Assembly (NCBI GenBank): GCA_038227875.1
Contig: JBBRPR010000104.1
Span: forward strand, 1 to 16,657
Direction of reading: 5' to 3'
Source: Planctomycetota bacterium
GTDB lineage: Bacteria > Planctomycetota > SZUA-567 > H5-PLA8
DNA length: 16,657 nucleotides
Position 1 is the first letter of the stretch. Each line of letters begins with the position of its first letter. The notes beneath the pieces were generated by a model. The model did no database searches, had not been told where the DNA came from, and was given only the letters and a program-made list of their open reading frames with translations. A program made the translations under genes and the position numbers. Shown in pieces: positions 1-9,238 of this stretch.

Positions 1-167
1 ATGATCAGCCACATCCGCAACAGCATCGGAAGAAAACCCAGCACGAAGAAAACTGAAAACGGCGGAAGAAGATATCTAAATTGAATCTCTCGAAGAAAAC
101 GGATTTGAAGAAGACCACATTTTCAGGCCGGTAGATTCGCAGCTCTTACAGATCGGCGCTGACAGAG

Positions 168-224
168 CGAGCACGCGAGTCACTGAATAAGGTATCATCT
201 GTGTGATACACTACACTACACTAG
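168..224 (+). mobile_element. Probable right-end remnant of an IS630-family element
   Basis: Reads RARESLNKVSSV* (TGA 204-206) followed by TACACTACACTACACTAG. This resembles IS630 transposase C-termini and the ...ACTACACTAG end at a TA target, recalled from family knowledge. No upstream transposase body is visible. Confidence 0.4.
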
Positions 225-413
225 AACGTTTGAACCACAGAGCGAATTCCGCGCCTACCGATTTCCGCGTCTTTAAAAGTACAACGATGAGATTCGATTT
301 GGGTCTTAATTCCCGCAATTGATGAGGTGCACCAATCTACGCAGCCCAAGTGAGGCTGCTTGAACAACTTTCAAGGGAGCTATGCCCTATGAAACGACAG
401 ATGCACGCGTCGA

Positions 414-2744
414 TCATTCCGAATCCAACACCTCTCGAACTTTGAAAAGTAGTACTTTACTTGAAAATGGCTTTTCAAGAAATTCGGACTCAGCTCCCAG
501 AATGCCGTGATTCTTGATGGCATCATCAGTGTAGCCGGAAACGTAAAGCGTCTTTATCTTTGGGCAGATCGACAGCATCCGTTCCGCCAACTTGCGTCCA
601 CCCATCCGAGGCATGACCACGTCCGTAATTAAAAGATCAAAGGTGGCCTTTTTTGCAATCTCAAGTGCCTCCGAGCCATCGCGAGCAGAAACGACTGTGT
701 AACCTGCATCTGAAAGTATTTCCTCGGCGAGATCGCGAACGCCCTCTTCATCTTCGGCAATGAGGACTCGTTCCATTCCTACGGGAATGAACGCGACCCC
801 AGAGGTGGCCTTTCGCTCGCCGGAGATGAGCTTGTCTATAGTTGGCAAGTAGATCTTGAATGTCGTGCCGACATCAGGTTCACTATACACCCAAACGTTC
901 CCATTGCTCTGTTTCACAATTCCGTAAACGGTTGACAGTCCTAGGCCGGTTCCTTTGCCGAGCTCCTTAGTCGTAAAAAACGGCTCAAAAATTCGATGCT
1001 GCGTTGCATCATCCATTCCGTGCCCTGTGTCACTCACCGAGATGCGGACAAATGGGCCGGGTCTGACGGATACGTGCCGCTTGGCGTAATCATCATCGAG
1101 ATCAACGTTCTCTGTCTGAATGGCCAGACGTCCTCCCTGGGGCATTGCATCGCGTGCGTTGATTACAAGATTCATGATTACTTGCTCGATTTGTCCCGCG
1201 TCGGCTTCAACATGGCGCAGTTTTTGGTCCAGCTTAATCGTCAGATTGATATCTTCGCCGATTAGACGCCGCAACATTTTTTCGATGTCAGATACGATAT
1301 TATTAATATTCAATATTTTTGGCTTTAAGACTTGCCTCCGACTGAATGCCAGCAATTGTCGCGTCAACGCTGCCGCACGTTCTCCAGTATTCAGGACCAG
1401 CTCAAAATCCTTGCGCAATGGATTGTCAATACTCATTTTTGAAATCGATAATTGGCAGCGTCCGTTAATGATAGTCAACAGGTTGTTGAAGTCGTGCGCG
1501 ATGCCGCCCGCAAGCATCCCGACCGATTCCATTCGTTGCGAAAGCCGAAGTTGCTCTTGCAATATGGCCTCTCTTTGAATTCGTAGGTAGCTATCGTACA
1601 ACACGCCAGAGGCGCTACAGAGAAATTCCAATTTCTTTATATCGGTCTCGGTATAACGGTCAGGACGGTTGGCAACACCGATCATGCCAACGACTTTTTG
1701 GCCCCACGAAATTGGAATTCCGAGAAAGGCTCGAAGCGGATGCGCCGTCATGCGACCGTCTGGGTGGAAATCGCTTTCCAGATCGTTCGAAGACACAGTC
1801 TTGTTCTCAAGGACGACCTTACCAAGCAGATTGTTCAAATTTGTAAATTCAAGACACCCATTCACTGGATGGGATTTAGTGGGTTGCTCAGAGGTCTCAC
1901 TCACGAAATTGATCCAGACCGCGCCCTCGTGTGCTAGAATGCGCAACGCAGGGCCGTCTATCAAAACTCCAGAAAAGCCGTACTCGCTGCCAGTTAGCTT
2001 CATTGCCGCTTGTACGATGATCGCACCAGCCTTACGAAAGTCATTTTCCTCAAGATACGCGGTCATTGCCTTCGTAATGGCTGTAAGCTGCGCCGTATGC
2101 TCCTGAATGCGTCGCTCAGCTTCAACGTTGTAAACCTGTAGCTTTTTACGCCACTGAACTTCTTTCGTCAGATCATCACATCGAGATGCTAGTTCCCGGG
2201 TTCGTGCTTGGACGAGACAATCTAGCTCCTGCATCTTGATGTTGGCCCGCCGGGATAGATTCCATTTCTCGGTCAGTGAGCAAGCCAATTGATGCACTTC
2301 GGACGCGTCAAAGGGCTTCTTGAGTATTAGAAATCGATCGGTCCGACCCAGTCTCTGCACAAGATCCTTCCATGAATACTCAGAATAGGCGCTGTAAATA
2401 ACAATTTGGGTGTCAGGAGAGGCTTGCCATAAATGCTCAATGGTTTTCACACCATCCCATCCAGGGGGCATTCGCATATCAACAAAGGCCAAAGCGTAAG
2501 GCTTTCCGTTTGCCATCGCCTGGCGCGCCATTTCAACTCCAATCTGTCCCTGTGAAGCGGTCTCAATTTCATACGCGGGCATTGAGGACCGATCCGAGTT
2601 GTTACCAAACAACTGGCACTCTACTTGGTCCAAGCAAGGCGATGTTCCCCGTTCGCATAGAATTTTTCGAAAGTCATCCTGGATCGCCTCGTTGTCATCC
2701 ACGATTAGTATCGGCCGGTTAGCATGTTTAGTGGGTAAATGCAT
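414..2744 (-). CDS. Cytoplasmic hybrid sensor histidine kinase/response regulator (REC-GAF-HisKA-HATPase-REC)
   Basis: N-terminal REC (ILIVDDN...FVDMRMP...LKKPF), GAF (FLGIPI...[10 protein letters not shown]), H-box [14 protein letters not shown]-box [15 protein letters not shown]1 DTGHGM, F-box FEPFFTTK, G2 GTGLGL, C-terminal REC (LLITDVVMP...FLEKPF). No TM segment. GGGAG RBS upstream. Confidence 0.95.
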   Translation of the reverse strand: MHLPTKHANRPILIVDDNEAIQDDFRKILCERGTSPCLDQVECQLFGNNSDRSSMPAYEIETASQGQIGVEMARQAMANGKPYALAFVDMRMPPGWDGVKTIEHLWQASPDTQIVIYSAYSEYSWKDLVQRLGRTDRFLILKKPFDASEVHQLACSLTEKWNLSRRANIKMQELDCLVQARTRELASRCDDLTKEVQWRKKLQVYNVEAERRIQEHTAQLTAITKAMTAYLEENDFRKAGAIIVQAAMKLTGSEYGFSGVLIDGPALRILAHEGAVWINFVSETSEQPTKSHPVNGCLEFTNLNNLLGKVVLENKTVSSNDLESDFHPDGRMTAHPLRAFLGIPISWGQKVVGMIGVANRPDRYTETDIKKLEFLCSASGVLYDSYLRIQREAILQEQLRLSQRMESVGMLAGGIAHDFNNLLTIINGRCQLSISKMSIDNPLRKDFELVLNTGERAAALTRQLLAFSRRQVLKPKILNINNIVSDIEKMLRRLIGEDINLTIKLDQKLRHVEADAGQIEQVIMNLVINARDAMPQGGRLAIQTENVDLDDDYAKRHVSVRPGPFVRISVSDTGHGMDDATQHRIFEPFFTTKELGKGTGLGLSTVYGIVKQSNGNVWVYSEPDVGTTFKIYLPTIDKLISGERKATSGVAFIPVGMERVLIAEDEEGVRDLAEEILSDAGYTVVSARDGSEALEIAKKATFDLLITDVVMPRMGGRKLAERMLSICPKIKTLYVSGYTDDAIKNHGILGAESEFLEKPFSSKVLLFKVREVLDSE

Positions 2745-2777
2745 GTAATCTCCCAGATGTTAGTTGCCGATCAATGT

Positions 2778-2823
2778 GTCCAAATTCGCGGACGGTCTAA
2801 ACAAGTTGTCTGAATTCTCGGAC
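2778..2823. promoter_or_regulatory. Paired palindromic sites, candidate upstream activator sequences for a sigma54 enhancer-binding protein
   Basis: GTCCAAATTCGCGGAC (2778-2793) and GTCTGAATTCTCGGAC (2808-2823) are 13/16 identical, both GTC-N10-GAC preceded by T, with a 30-bp period, about 180-230 bp upstream of the sigma54 motif. Confidence 0.55.
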
Positions 2824-3004
2824 TTATTAAGTTTACCCACCAGTAGCCGCAATTTGGATCAGGCGGCAAAGATATAGATGAGCGCAAACGCGTTGCCGGG
2901 TCCACCTTTACTGAATCTCACAGCAAAGTGCACACAAACCGCGTCCGCTCTGAAAATTCAACACATGCACGTGAGCGCGCCTGACCTTTTCATTGTCCTA
3001 GGAC

Positions 3005-3020
3005 TGGCATGAAAGCTGCG
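3005..3020 (+). promoter_or_regulatory. Sigma54 (-24/-12) promoter
   Basis: TGGCATGAAAGCTGCG has GG-N10-GC with a TGGCAY start and lies about 50 bp upstream of ATG 3068 (GGAG RBS at 3057-3060). Confidence 0.7.
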
Positions 3021-3067
3021 CATCGTGGATTGGAATTGAACGCACACTCTAAATACGGAGTAACGCC

Positions 3068-4231
3068 ATGAGAGTCTCGTACCGGCTTGGCCTCCTCGCT
3101 GCCTGCGCGGTCTTTGTGCCAGTATCAGTAGCAGAGGACGGAGTGACCGATACGGAAATCCTGCTGGGTCAGTCGGCCGCATTGACAGGAGCAGCGGAGG
3201 GACTCGGCACGAACATGAAGGTTGGCATGGAAGCATTCTTTGCACAGTGCAACGACAAGGGTGGGATCCACGGACGAAAGGTTAGGCTCATTTCAATCGA
3301 CGACAGCTATGAGCCAGAGAAGACGGTGGACGGGACGCTGAAGTTAATCGACGAAGACAAGGTATTCTCCCTGATCGGGTTCGTGGGCACTCCAACGACC
3401 AAAGTCGCGATACCCATCGTACAGGAAAAAAAGGTGCCGCTGGTTGGACCATTCACCGGAGCGATGCTGCTGCGCGCGCCAGTCTCTCGATACATTTTTA
3501 ACATTCGATCATCGTACGACGATGAGACGGAAGGGCTGGTCCGCTACCTGCTCGATGATTTAAAACTTAAGAAGATCGCGGTGTTTTACCAGGATGACTC
3601 GTTCGGACTGGCGGGTCTCACGGGCACACAGAAAGCCATGAGGAAGCGTAACCTGGAAGTCGTATGTTCGGGCAAGTTTCCCCGCAATACCTTGGCGGTT
3701 AAGACCGGCCTAAGCGCCGTGATACAGGGCCAGCCCGAAGCAGTGATTATGGTTGGCCCGTACAAACCCGTTGCAGAGTTCGTAAAGATAGCTCAAGAAT
3801 CACAGTTCAATCCACTGTTCGTCACCATTTCATTCGTGGGCACTGAGAACCTGATCAAAGAACTGGGACCGCTTTCTGAAAATCTTGTCATTTCGCAAGT
3901 CGTACCGCCTCCCGACGACACGACTTTTCCGATCGTTAGGGAGTTTTGCGACGCTTTAAAAAAAACGCATCCGGAGGTTGAGCCGAACTTCGTAGCACTG
4001 GAAGGCTTCATCGCAGCAAAAGTTCACTCTCTTGCGATGGTCGAAGTCGGCAAGGACCTAACACGCGAACGATTCATTTCAGAATTAGAGAAGATGAACG
4101 CCCTCGATATCGGCGGATTGACTATTTCGTTCTCAAAGGATGACCATCAAGGGTTGGACCGCGTGTTCTTGACGCGCGTAACCAACGGCAAGGCCAAGGC
4201 CATTCAAACACGTCAGGTAAACAGAAAATGA
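3068..4231 (+). CDS. Periplasmic substrate-binding protein, type I (LivJ/K branched-chain amino acid family)
   Basis: Signal peptide then GVTDTEILLGQSAALTG, GGIHGRKVRLISIDDSYEP, GFVGTPT and IAVFYQDDSFG. Stop codon overlaps the next start (ATGA). Confidence 0.92.
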   Translation: MRVSYRLGLLAACAVFVPVSVAEDGVTDTEILLGQSAALTGAAEGLGTNMKVGMEAFFAQCNDKGGIHGRKVRLISIDDSYEPEKTVDGTLKLIDEDKVFSLIGFVGTPTTKVAIPIVQEKKVPLVGPFTGAMLLRAPVSRYIFNIRSSYDDETEGLVRYLLDDLKLKKIAVFYQDDSFGLAGLTGTQKAMRKRNLEVVCSGKFPRNTLAVKTGLSAVIQGQPEAVIMVGPYKPVAEFVKIAQESQFNPLFVTISFVGTENLIKELGPLSENLVISQVVPPPDDTTFPIVREFCDALKKTHPEVEPNFVALEGFIAAKVHSLAMVEVGKDLTRERFISELEKMNALDIGGLTISFSKDDHQGLDRVFLTRVTNGKAKAIQTRQVNRK

Positions 4232-7200
4232 AAATCGATCGACGGCTAGTGCTCCTGGTTTGTATTCTGCTTGTCGCGGGCGTGCTGACGGTGCAGGCCG
4301 CCTATCGGGCGACTGAGGCGCTGGTCACCAAGGTACGTATACTAAGTCGTGAATCCATGCCGTTGCAATTGCAGATCGCGCGGTTTATGGAAAGCGTCAA
4401 GAAAGCTTCCGATCTGGCTGGCAATCAGTATCGAAGCGAAACCGCAGATCAAATCGAGACAAATGGTAAAAAGTTTCAGTCTTGCCTTTTCGAGATCAAC
4501 ACAGGAATTGCGCATTTCACCGATAGTACGAGTGTCCGTGATCTGGCGGCACAGGCGGGCGTAGGCTTCGATCGCCTGACACAGTCCGCCCGAGAACGCA
4601 TTCTGATCCTTAAGCGGCTGATGGAGTCGCTCGAGGAATTGGCCAATGCGCGGTCACAGGCGCTCGAAGCAACTTCGCAAGTCGATGCCGCGATGCAACG
4701 GCTTCACGAGCAGAGCATCCAGAGTCTTTTGGAAGCCCGGTGGTCAAACCAGAGGTGTCAGACCCAGATCAAAAATTTGCTGATGCTTCTGGAGCACCTG
4801 GGGAATATCCGCACGCTTGTGAATGGCACGACCACCACCACAAACCGATATAAACTATCCCTCTTTTCCGACAAGCTTCAGGCTGAAACGGACTCAATCC
4901 GAGGGCTTTCCCTATCCGAAGTCGCGCAGTCCGCACAGGTGACGGTTCTGATTGACGCGGTTGAAAAAGGCATGCTGGGGCCGAACGGTATCATCGAATT
5001 AAAAACTCAGATGCTGCAGAACTCGGCCAACGAAACTGTGCGCGCGAATCTGGCGGCAGCAATTGAACGGATTTTCAAAGATCTCGATACGATTCGGGCA
5101 ATGGACGTCGAGGCTATCGACCCTCTTGAACTACTGGCGCCAAAGAATGACGAGCGCATGATCGCCGCCACGCAGACCGTGTCGCTTACGGCACGAGTCG
5201 TTGACCGGGCATCATTGGTGTCGCACCGCGTGGCGGCGATCGATGCTGATACGGCGCGTCTTTCAAACGCAGCCACGTTGGAAGATAGCGACGCGGCGCG
5301 GCGCGGAATTCAAGAAAACCTGCTGGCCCTACGCAAGGCTGCCGACGAGATGCGCGAGTCTCTGGAAAAGCTGAATGATGTGAAAGCATTAGCCGTACTT
5401 GCTCAGGCGTGCGCGTCGGTCGACCGCATGGCGCGAGCCCTGTTGGGCCGCGAAAGCGGGACGATCATTACCGTCGAACGCAAGCTCGCAGCACGGGACA
5501 GCACGGCCAAGCTCACTGACGCGATGAATTCGCTGTTGGCGCGGCTGGACGACGAGGGCACACGGCAATTGCGTCGGGCCGAGGCGTCGCAGGTAGGCGA
5601 GGCTAACGAGGCAGAGGACATCGCCAAGACCACCCGTAAGATACTTGTCCTGGGCGGCCTGTTAGTCCTTTGCGCCGGCGTCATCGTGGGTCTGTGGGCA
5701 CGTCATTCCATTACCCGTACGCTGGCTGAAAGCGATGAACGGTTCAGGCAGATCGCGAATGCAATCACCGAAGTGTTCTGGATGTCGGACATCAAGACGG
5801 GCGCGACGTTATATGTCAGCCCCGGCTACGAAAGAATTTGGAAACGTACGTGTCAGAGCCTCTACCAAGATCCAGAGTCATTTATCGATGCGATCCATCC
5901 GGACGACCGGCAACGCATAGTAGAAACCATCGAAAAAGGGTCTACGACCGGTGTCTTCGACGATTGTTACCGAATCACCTGCTCGGATAGCTCGGTGGCT
6001 TGGATTTGGGATCGAAGATTTCCGATTCATAACGAATCAGGAGAGATTGTTCGGACAGTTGGTATCGCGCTAGATATTACTGAGCGCGAAAGGGCAAAGG
6101 AGGCGCTTCATCAGAGCGAAGCAAGATGCAGTATCTTGCTGGACTCCGCTCCGGAAGCCATCTACGGCATCAACATGAAGGGGGCGTTCACATTCTGCAA
6201 TCCCGCCTGCGTAAGATTGCTCGGCTACAAAACTTCCGCGGATCTGCTCGGAAAAAGCGCCCATGCCGTGATCCACCATACGCGTCCGGACAAATCGCCT
6301 TATCCGGAGCGAGAGTGCCAAATCTATAAGGCATTTCGTGCGGGAAAGGAAACACACGTCGATAACGAGGTCTTATGGCGTGCTGACGGTACGTCCTTTC
6401 AGGCCGAATACTGGTCTCATCCCATCCAGACTGACGGCAACATTGTCGGCGCGGTAGTCACCTTCATGGATATCACGGCTCGCAAGCGGCTGGAAGCAGA
6501 ACGTGACGACGCGAACCGGCAACTCGTCGTTTTGTCGCGTGAGGCTGGGAAGGCGGACGTAGCGACGAGCGTACTGCACAATGTCGGCAACGTTCTCAAC
6601 AGCGTCAACGTTTCCGCAACGACGGTTGGCGAGATGGTACAACAATCCAAATTGCCAAACCTGGCCAAAGTTGCGGCATTGCTGCATGAGCACGCCGGCG
6701 ACCTGGGGACATACATCACATCCGACGTTAAAGGTAAATTGCTTCCTGGCTACCTGATCAGTCTTTCGGAATGCTTTACGGAGGAGCAGGCCGAAATTCT
6801 AAAAGAACTCGAGTCGATGATGAAAAACGTGGGTCATATCAAGGACATCGTCAGCATGCAGCAAACCTACGCTACGTCCGCCGGCGTTGTAGAAATAGTG
6901 ACCGCGGAAACTCTGGTTGAGGACGCGCTACGCATGAACGCCGGAGCATTGACACGTCACGACGTTCAGGTCGTTCGCGAGTACGCGGACAATCCGCAGC
7001 TTAGCGTGGACCGGCACAAGGTATTGCAGATTCTCGTCAATCTGATTCGGAATGCGAAATACTCTTTGGATGAAGCTGGCCGTCCAGAAAAACTACTGAC
7101 ATTGCGGATCAACGCAAATGGCAACAATTGCGCAAAAATAAGCGTCATCGACGCCGGTGTCGGCATTCCCCCGCAGAACTTGACCAAGATTTTCTCACGA

Positions 7201-7362
7201 GGATTTACAACGCGGAAAGATGGCCATGGATTTGGACTGCACAGCGCATCTCTTGCAGCCAAGGAAATGGGAGGTTCATTGTTAGCGCACAGTGATGGTC
7301 CGGGCACGGGAGCCGCATTTGTTCTCGAATTGCCACTACAGCCTGTGGAGGTCGGTTTATGA
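4228..7362 (+). CDS. Membrane sensor histidine kinase: large helical extracytoplasmic domain, TM, PAS-PAS, HisKA-HATPase
   Basis: N-terminal hydrophobic helix, about 450 aa helical region, TM (ILVLGGLLVLCAGVIVGLWA), PAS1 (YVSPGYERIW...IHPDDR), PAS2 (FCNPACVRLLGY...WRADG), H-box ATSVLHNVGNVLNS, N-box QILVNLIRNA, DAGVGI, GFTTRKDGHGFGL. ATGA overlaps at both ends. Confidence 0.93.
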   Translation: MKIDRRLVLLVCILLVAGVLTVQAAYRATEALVTKVRILSRESMPLQLQIARFMESVKKASDLAGNQYRSETADQIETNGKKFQSCLFEINTGIAHFTDSTSVRDLAAQAGVGFDRLTQSARERILILKRLMESLEELANARSQALEATSQVDAAMQRLHEQSIQSLLEARWSNQRCQTQIKNLLMLLEHLGNIRTLVNGTTTTTNRYKLSLFSDKLQAETDSIRGLSLSEVAQSAQVTVLIDAVEKGMLGPNGIIELKTQMLQNSANETVRANLAAAIERIFKDLDTIRAMDVEAIDPLELLAPKNDERMIAATQTVSLTARVVDRASLVSHRVAAIDADTARLSNAATLEDSDAARRGIQENLLALRKAADEMRESLEKLNDVKALAVLAQACASVDRMARALLGRESGTIITVERKLAARDSTAKLTDAMNSLLARLDDEGTRQLRRAEASQVGEANEAEDIAKTTRKILVLGGLLVLCAGVIVGLWARHSITRTLAESDERFRQIANAITEVFWMSDIKTGATLYVSPGYERIWKRTCQSLYQDPESFIDAIHPDDRQRIVETIEKGSTTGVFDDCYRITCSDSSVAWIWDRRFPIHNESGEIVRTVGIALDITERERAKEALHQSEARCSILLDSAPEAIYGINMKGAFTFCNPACVRLLGYKTSADLLGKSAHAVIHHTRPDKSPYPERECQIYKAFRAGKETHVDNEVLWRADGTSFQAEYWSHPIQTDGNIVGAVVTFMDITARKRLEAERDDANRQLVVLSREAGKADVATSVLHNVGNVLNSVNVSATTVGEMVQQSKLPNLAKVAALLHEHAGDLGTYITSDVKGKLLPGYLISLSECFTEEQAEILKELESMMKNVGHIKDIVSMQQTYATSAGVVEIVTAETLVEDALRMNAGALTRHDVQVVREYADNPQLSVDRHKVLQILVNLIRNAKYSLDEAGRPEKLLTLRINANGNNCAKISVIDAGVGIPPQNLTKIFSRGFTTRKDGHGFGLHSASLAAKEMGGSLLAHSDGPGTGAAFVLELPLQPVEVGL

Positions 7363-8387
7363 ACACGGAATTAGAGAGCAAAAGTCAGCGAATTCTCGTG
7401 ATCGACGACAACCAGGCGATCCATGATGATTTTAGAAAGATTCTCGGCCGGGAAGGCAAAGGCCGTGTGAAAGCTACCGAAACTGAGGATGCACTGTTTG
7501 GCACATCGTCCAATCAGACGCCGAAGGCAAGCTTCGAAATTGATTCGGCCCTTCAGGGCCAGGACGGCCTCGAAAAAGTATGCCAAGCACTTAAAGACCG
7601 CCGTCCCTACGCCATGGCTTTTGTTGACATGCGTATGCCGCCTGGTTGGGATGGAGTCGAGACAATCGCCCGAATTTGGGAGAACGACCCAGACCTTCAA
7701 GTGGCCATATGCACCGCCTATTCGGATCATTCCTGGAGCGACATCGTCAAGAGACTCGGGGAAACTGACCGGCTGTTGATTCTCAAGAAGCCTTTCGACA
7801 ACATTGAGGTCAGGCAATTGGCGTCCGCGCTCACGCAGAAGTGGAACGAATCGCGGATGGAAAAACTGAAAATGGATGATCTGAAACGCGCCGTGCTTGA
7901 AAAGACGCTGGAGATTGAACGGGCCGCCGATGTGCTGCGAACACAGAATATCGCGCTTGCCGCGGCAAAGAACGCCGTCGACGCAGCCAATACGGCTATT
8001 TACACAATGCAAAATGAAAGAACCACTAGGCGTTGTGACAAAATGTTAGAGGGTGACGTGCACAATTTAATCAGGAGTGCCTTACTTATCCAGCTCGCGG
8101 CACTTTACGAACTGCCAAACGAAATTATGAAAATCCTTGAACAGTGTGGGTGTAAACCACGCGGTGATTCAACGATCTTGGCACACCTTGATAAACATAC
8201 GGCTTCCCTCAAAGACGCGAACCAGATAAGCAAGATGAAAGACCTTCGGACAAAAATTCGAGACTTGAACCGAGATTTGCAATCGCCTGAAGATGTCTCC
8301 ACTATGGTTTCCAACTTCGAAAAATTAACAGGCCGGAACTTCATAAAACCGGCGTGGCTGAGCACTGAGATGAAGAAACTGGATTAA
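7359..8387 (+). CDS. Response regulator: REC + coiled coil + unrecognised C-terminal region
   Basis: ILVIDDN...[12 protein letters not shown]...ICTAY...LKKPF, GGAGG RBS and ATGA overlap. The C-terminal ~130 aa match no output domain I recognise. Confidence 0.88.
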   Translation: MNTELESKSQRILVIDDNQAIHDDFRKILGREGKGRVKATETEDALFGTSSNQTPKASFEIDSALQGQDGLEKVCQALKDRRPYAMAFVDMRMPPGWDGVETIARIWENDPDLQVAICTAYSDHSWSDIVKRLGETDRLLILKKPFDNIEVRQLASALTQKWNESRMEKLKMDDLKRAVLEKTLEIERAADVLRTQNIALAAAKNAVDAANTAIYTMQNERTTRRCDKMLEGDVHNLIRSALLIQLAALYELPNEIMKILEQCGCKPRGDSTILAHLDKHTASLKDANQISKMKDLRTKIRDLNRDLQSPEDVSTMVSNFEKLTGRNFIKPAWLSTEMKKLD

Positions 8388-8773
8388 TGTGCGGCTGTGG
8401 AATTAGAGTTGTCTAAGTTCCAGAAGATTGGGCGAGCTGGCATTGGACACTTCGTCGCAGAAAAATCGATGCATTGCCGATGCAGCGTTGGGAGGAACGC
8501 CTGCAGCGCGGGACTCATTATAAATTGCACTTTAGCTTACGAACAACCGTGATCGCAATTCCTGATGTTCGTCATTGGCCCATTCCTTGCAATTGTTTTG
8601 CGGCAGGATACTTCCTCGCAGATCGGATTTTGCACACATACATGCGTAATCTTGTGTAACCAAAAACAAAAGGCAAGGTATCTCTCTGAAGCACTCTCTG
8701 AAGAACTGTCACAGCCGGAACTCGCACGGTTGAACCTCAATTGTGCTCCGACTGACGCACTTGAACCGCACAA

Positions 8774-9155
8774 TCATTTCGGAATCTGAGTCGAGTACGT
8801 TCCGGCTTTTGATGCGAAGATCGTAAGGCCGGTGACGTAGGTCTTGTTGGCGATGGTCAATTGAACGCTGGTATGAACGCCACTGGTGCTGGTGGAAGGA
8901 AGTGCAGGCAGCTAAGGTGAGATTCTTGAGTCCCAACTGGAGTTTGCCGCTGCCGCTGTCGTAAGAGAACTTGGCTAGCGCGTTAGTCTCCGTGCTGTCC
9001 TTGCCGCTCTTCAATTTGTAAACAGTCTGACCTGTCTTGCCGGTTGACTTGGTGGCGGTGCCCCGAGACGTGAAGGTTTTATCAATGACGATTGTGCTGC
9101 TGTTGAAAACCTGCAATTGCATTGTATTGACGGAATTTCCATTCGATGGCGAAAA
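8774..9155 (-). pseudogene. 5'-truncated, frameshifted C-terminal remnant of a secreted beta-rich protein
   Basis: Frame reads ...MQLQVFNSSTIVIDKTF...KLQLGLKNLTLAA. Removing one base near 8906 continues it as ALPSTSTSGVHTSVQLTIANKTYVTGLTIFASKAGTYSTQIPK* (TGA 8774-8776) with the same S/T/K/G-rich composition. An in-frame stop lies shortly upstream of the Met and there is no signal peptide. Confidence 0.6.
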
Positions 9156-9238
9156 GTGTTTTCGTGTGCGCGTTCGTTATTATACTGTAGCGTCGCAGCG
9201 CCAACTTGAACCCAATTGTGCTTTCAGAGGGACCCACC

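Noticed and set aside
3095..3106. LAAC lipobox in the binding protein
   Set aside because: The hydrophobic stretch continues past the Cys to VSVA|ED, favouring ordinary signal peptidase I cleavage.
8682..8703. Direct repeat CTCTCTGAAG x2 with a 12-bp period
   Set aside because: Only two copies and no clear context. Not a CRISPR or iteron array.
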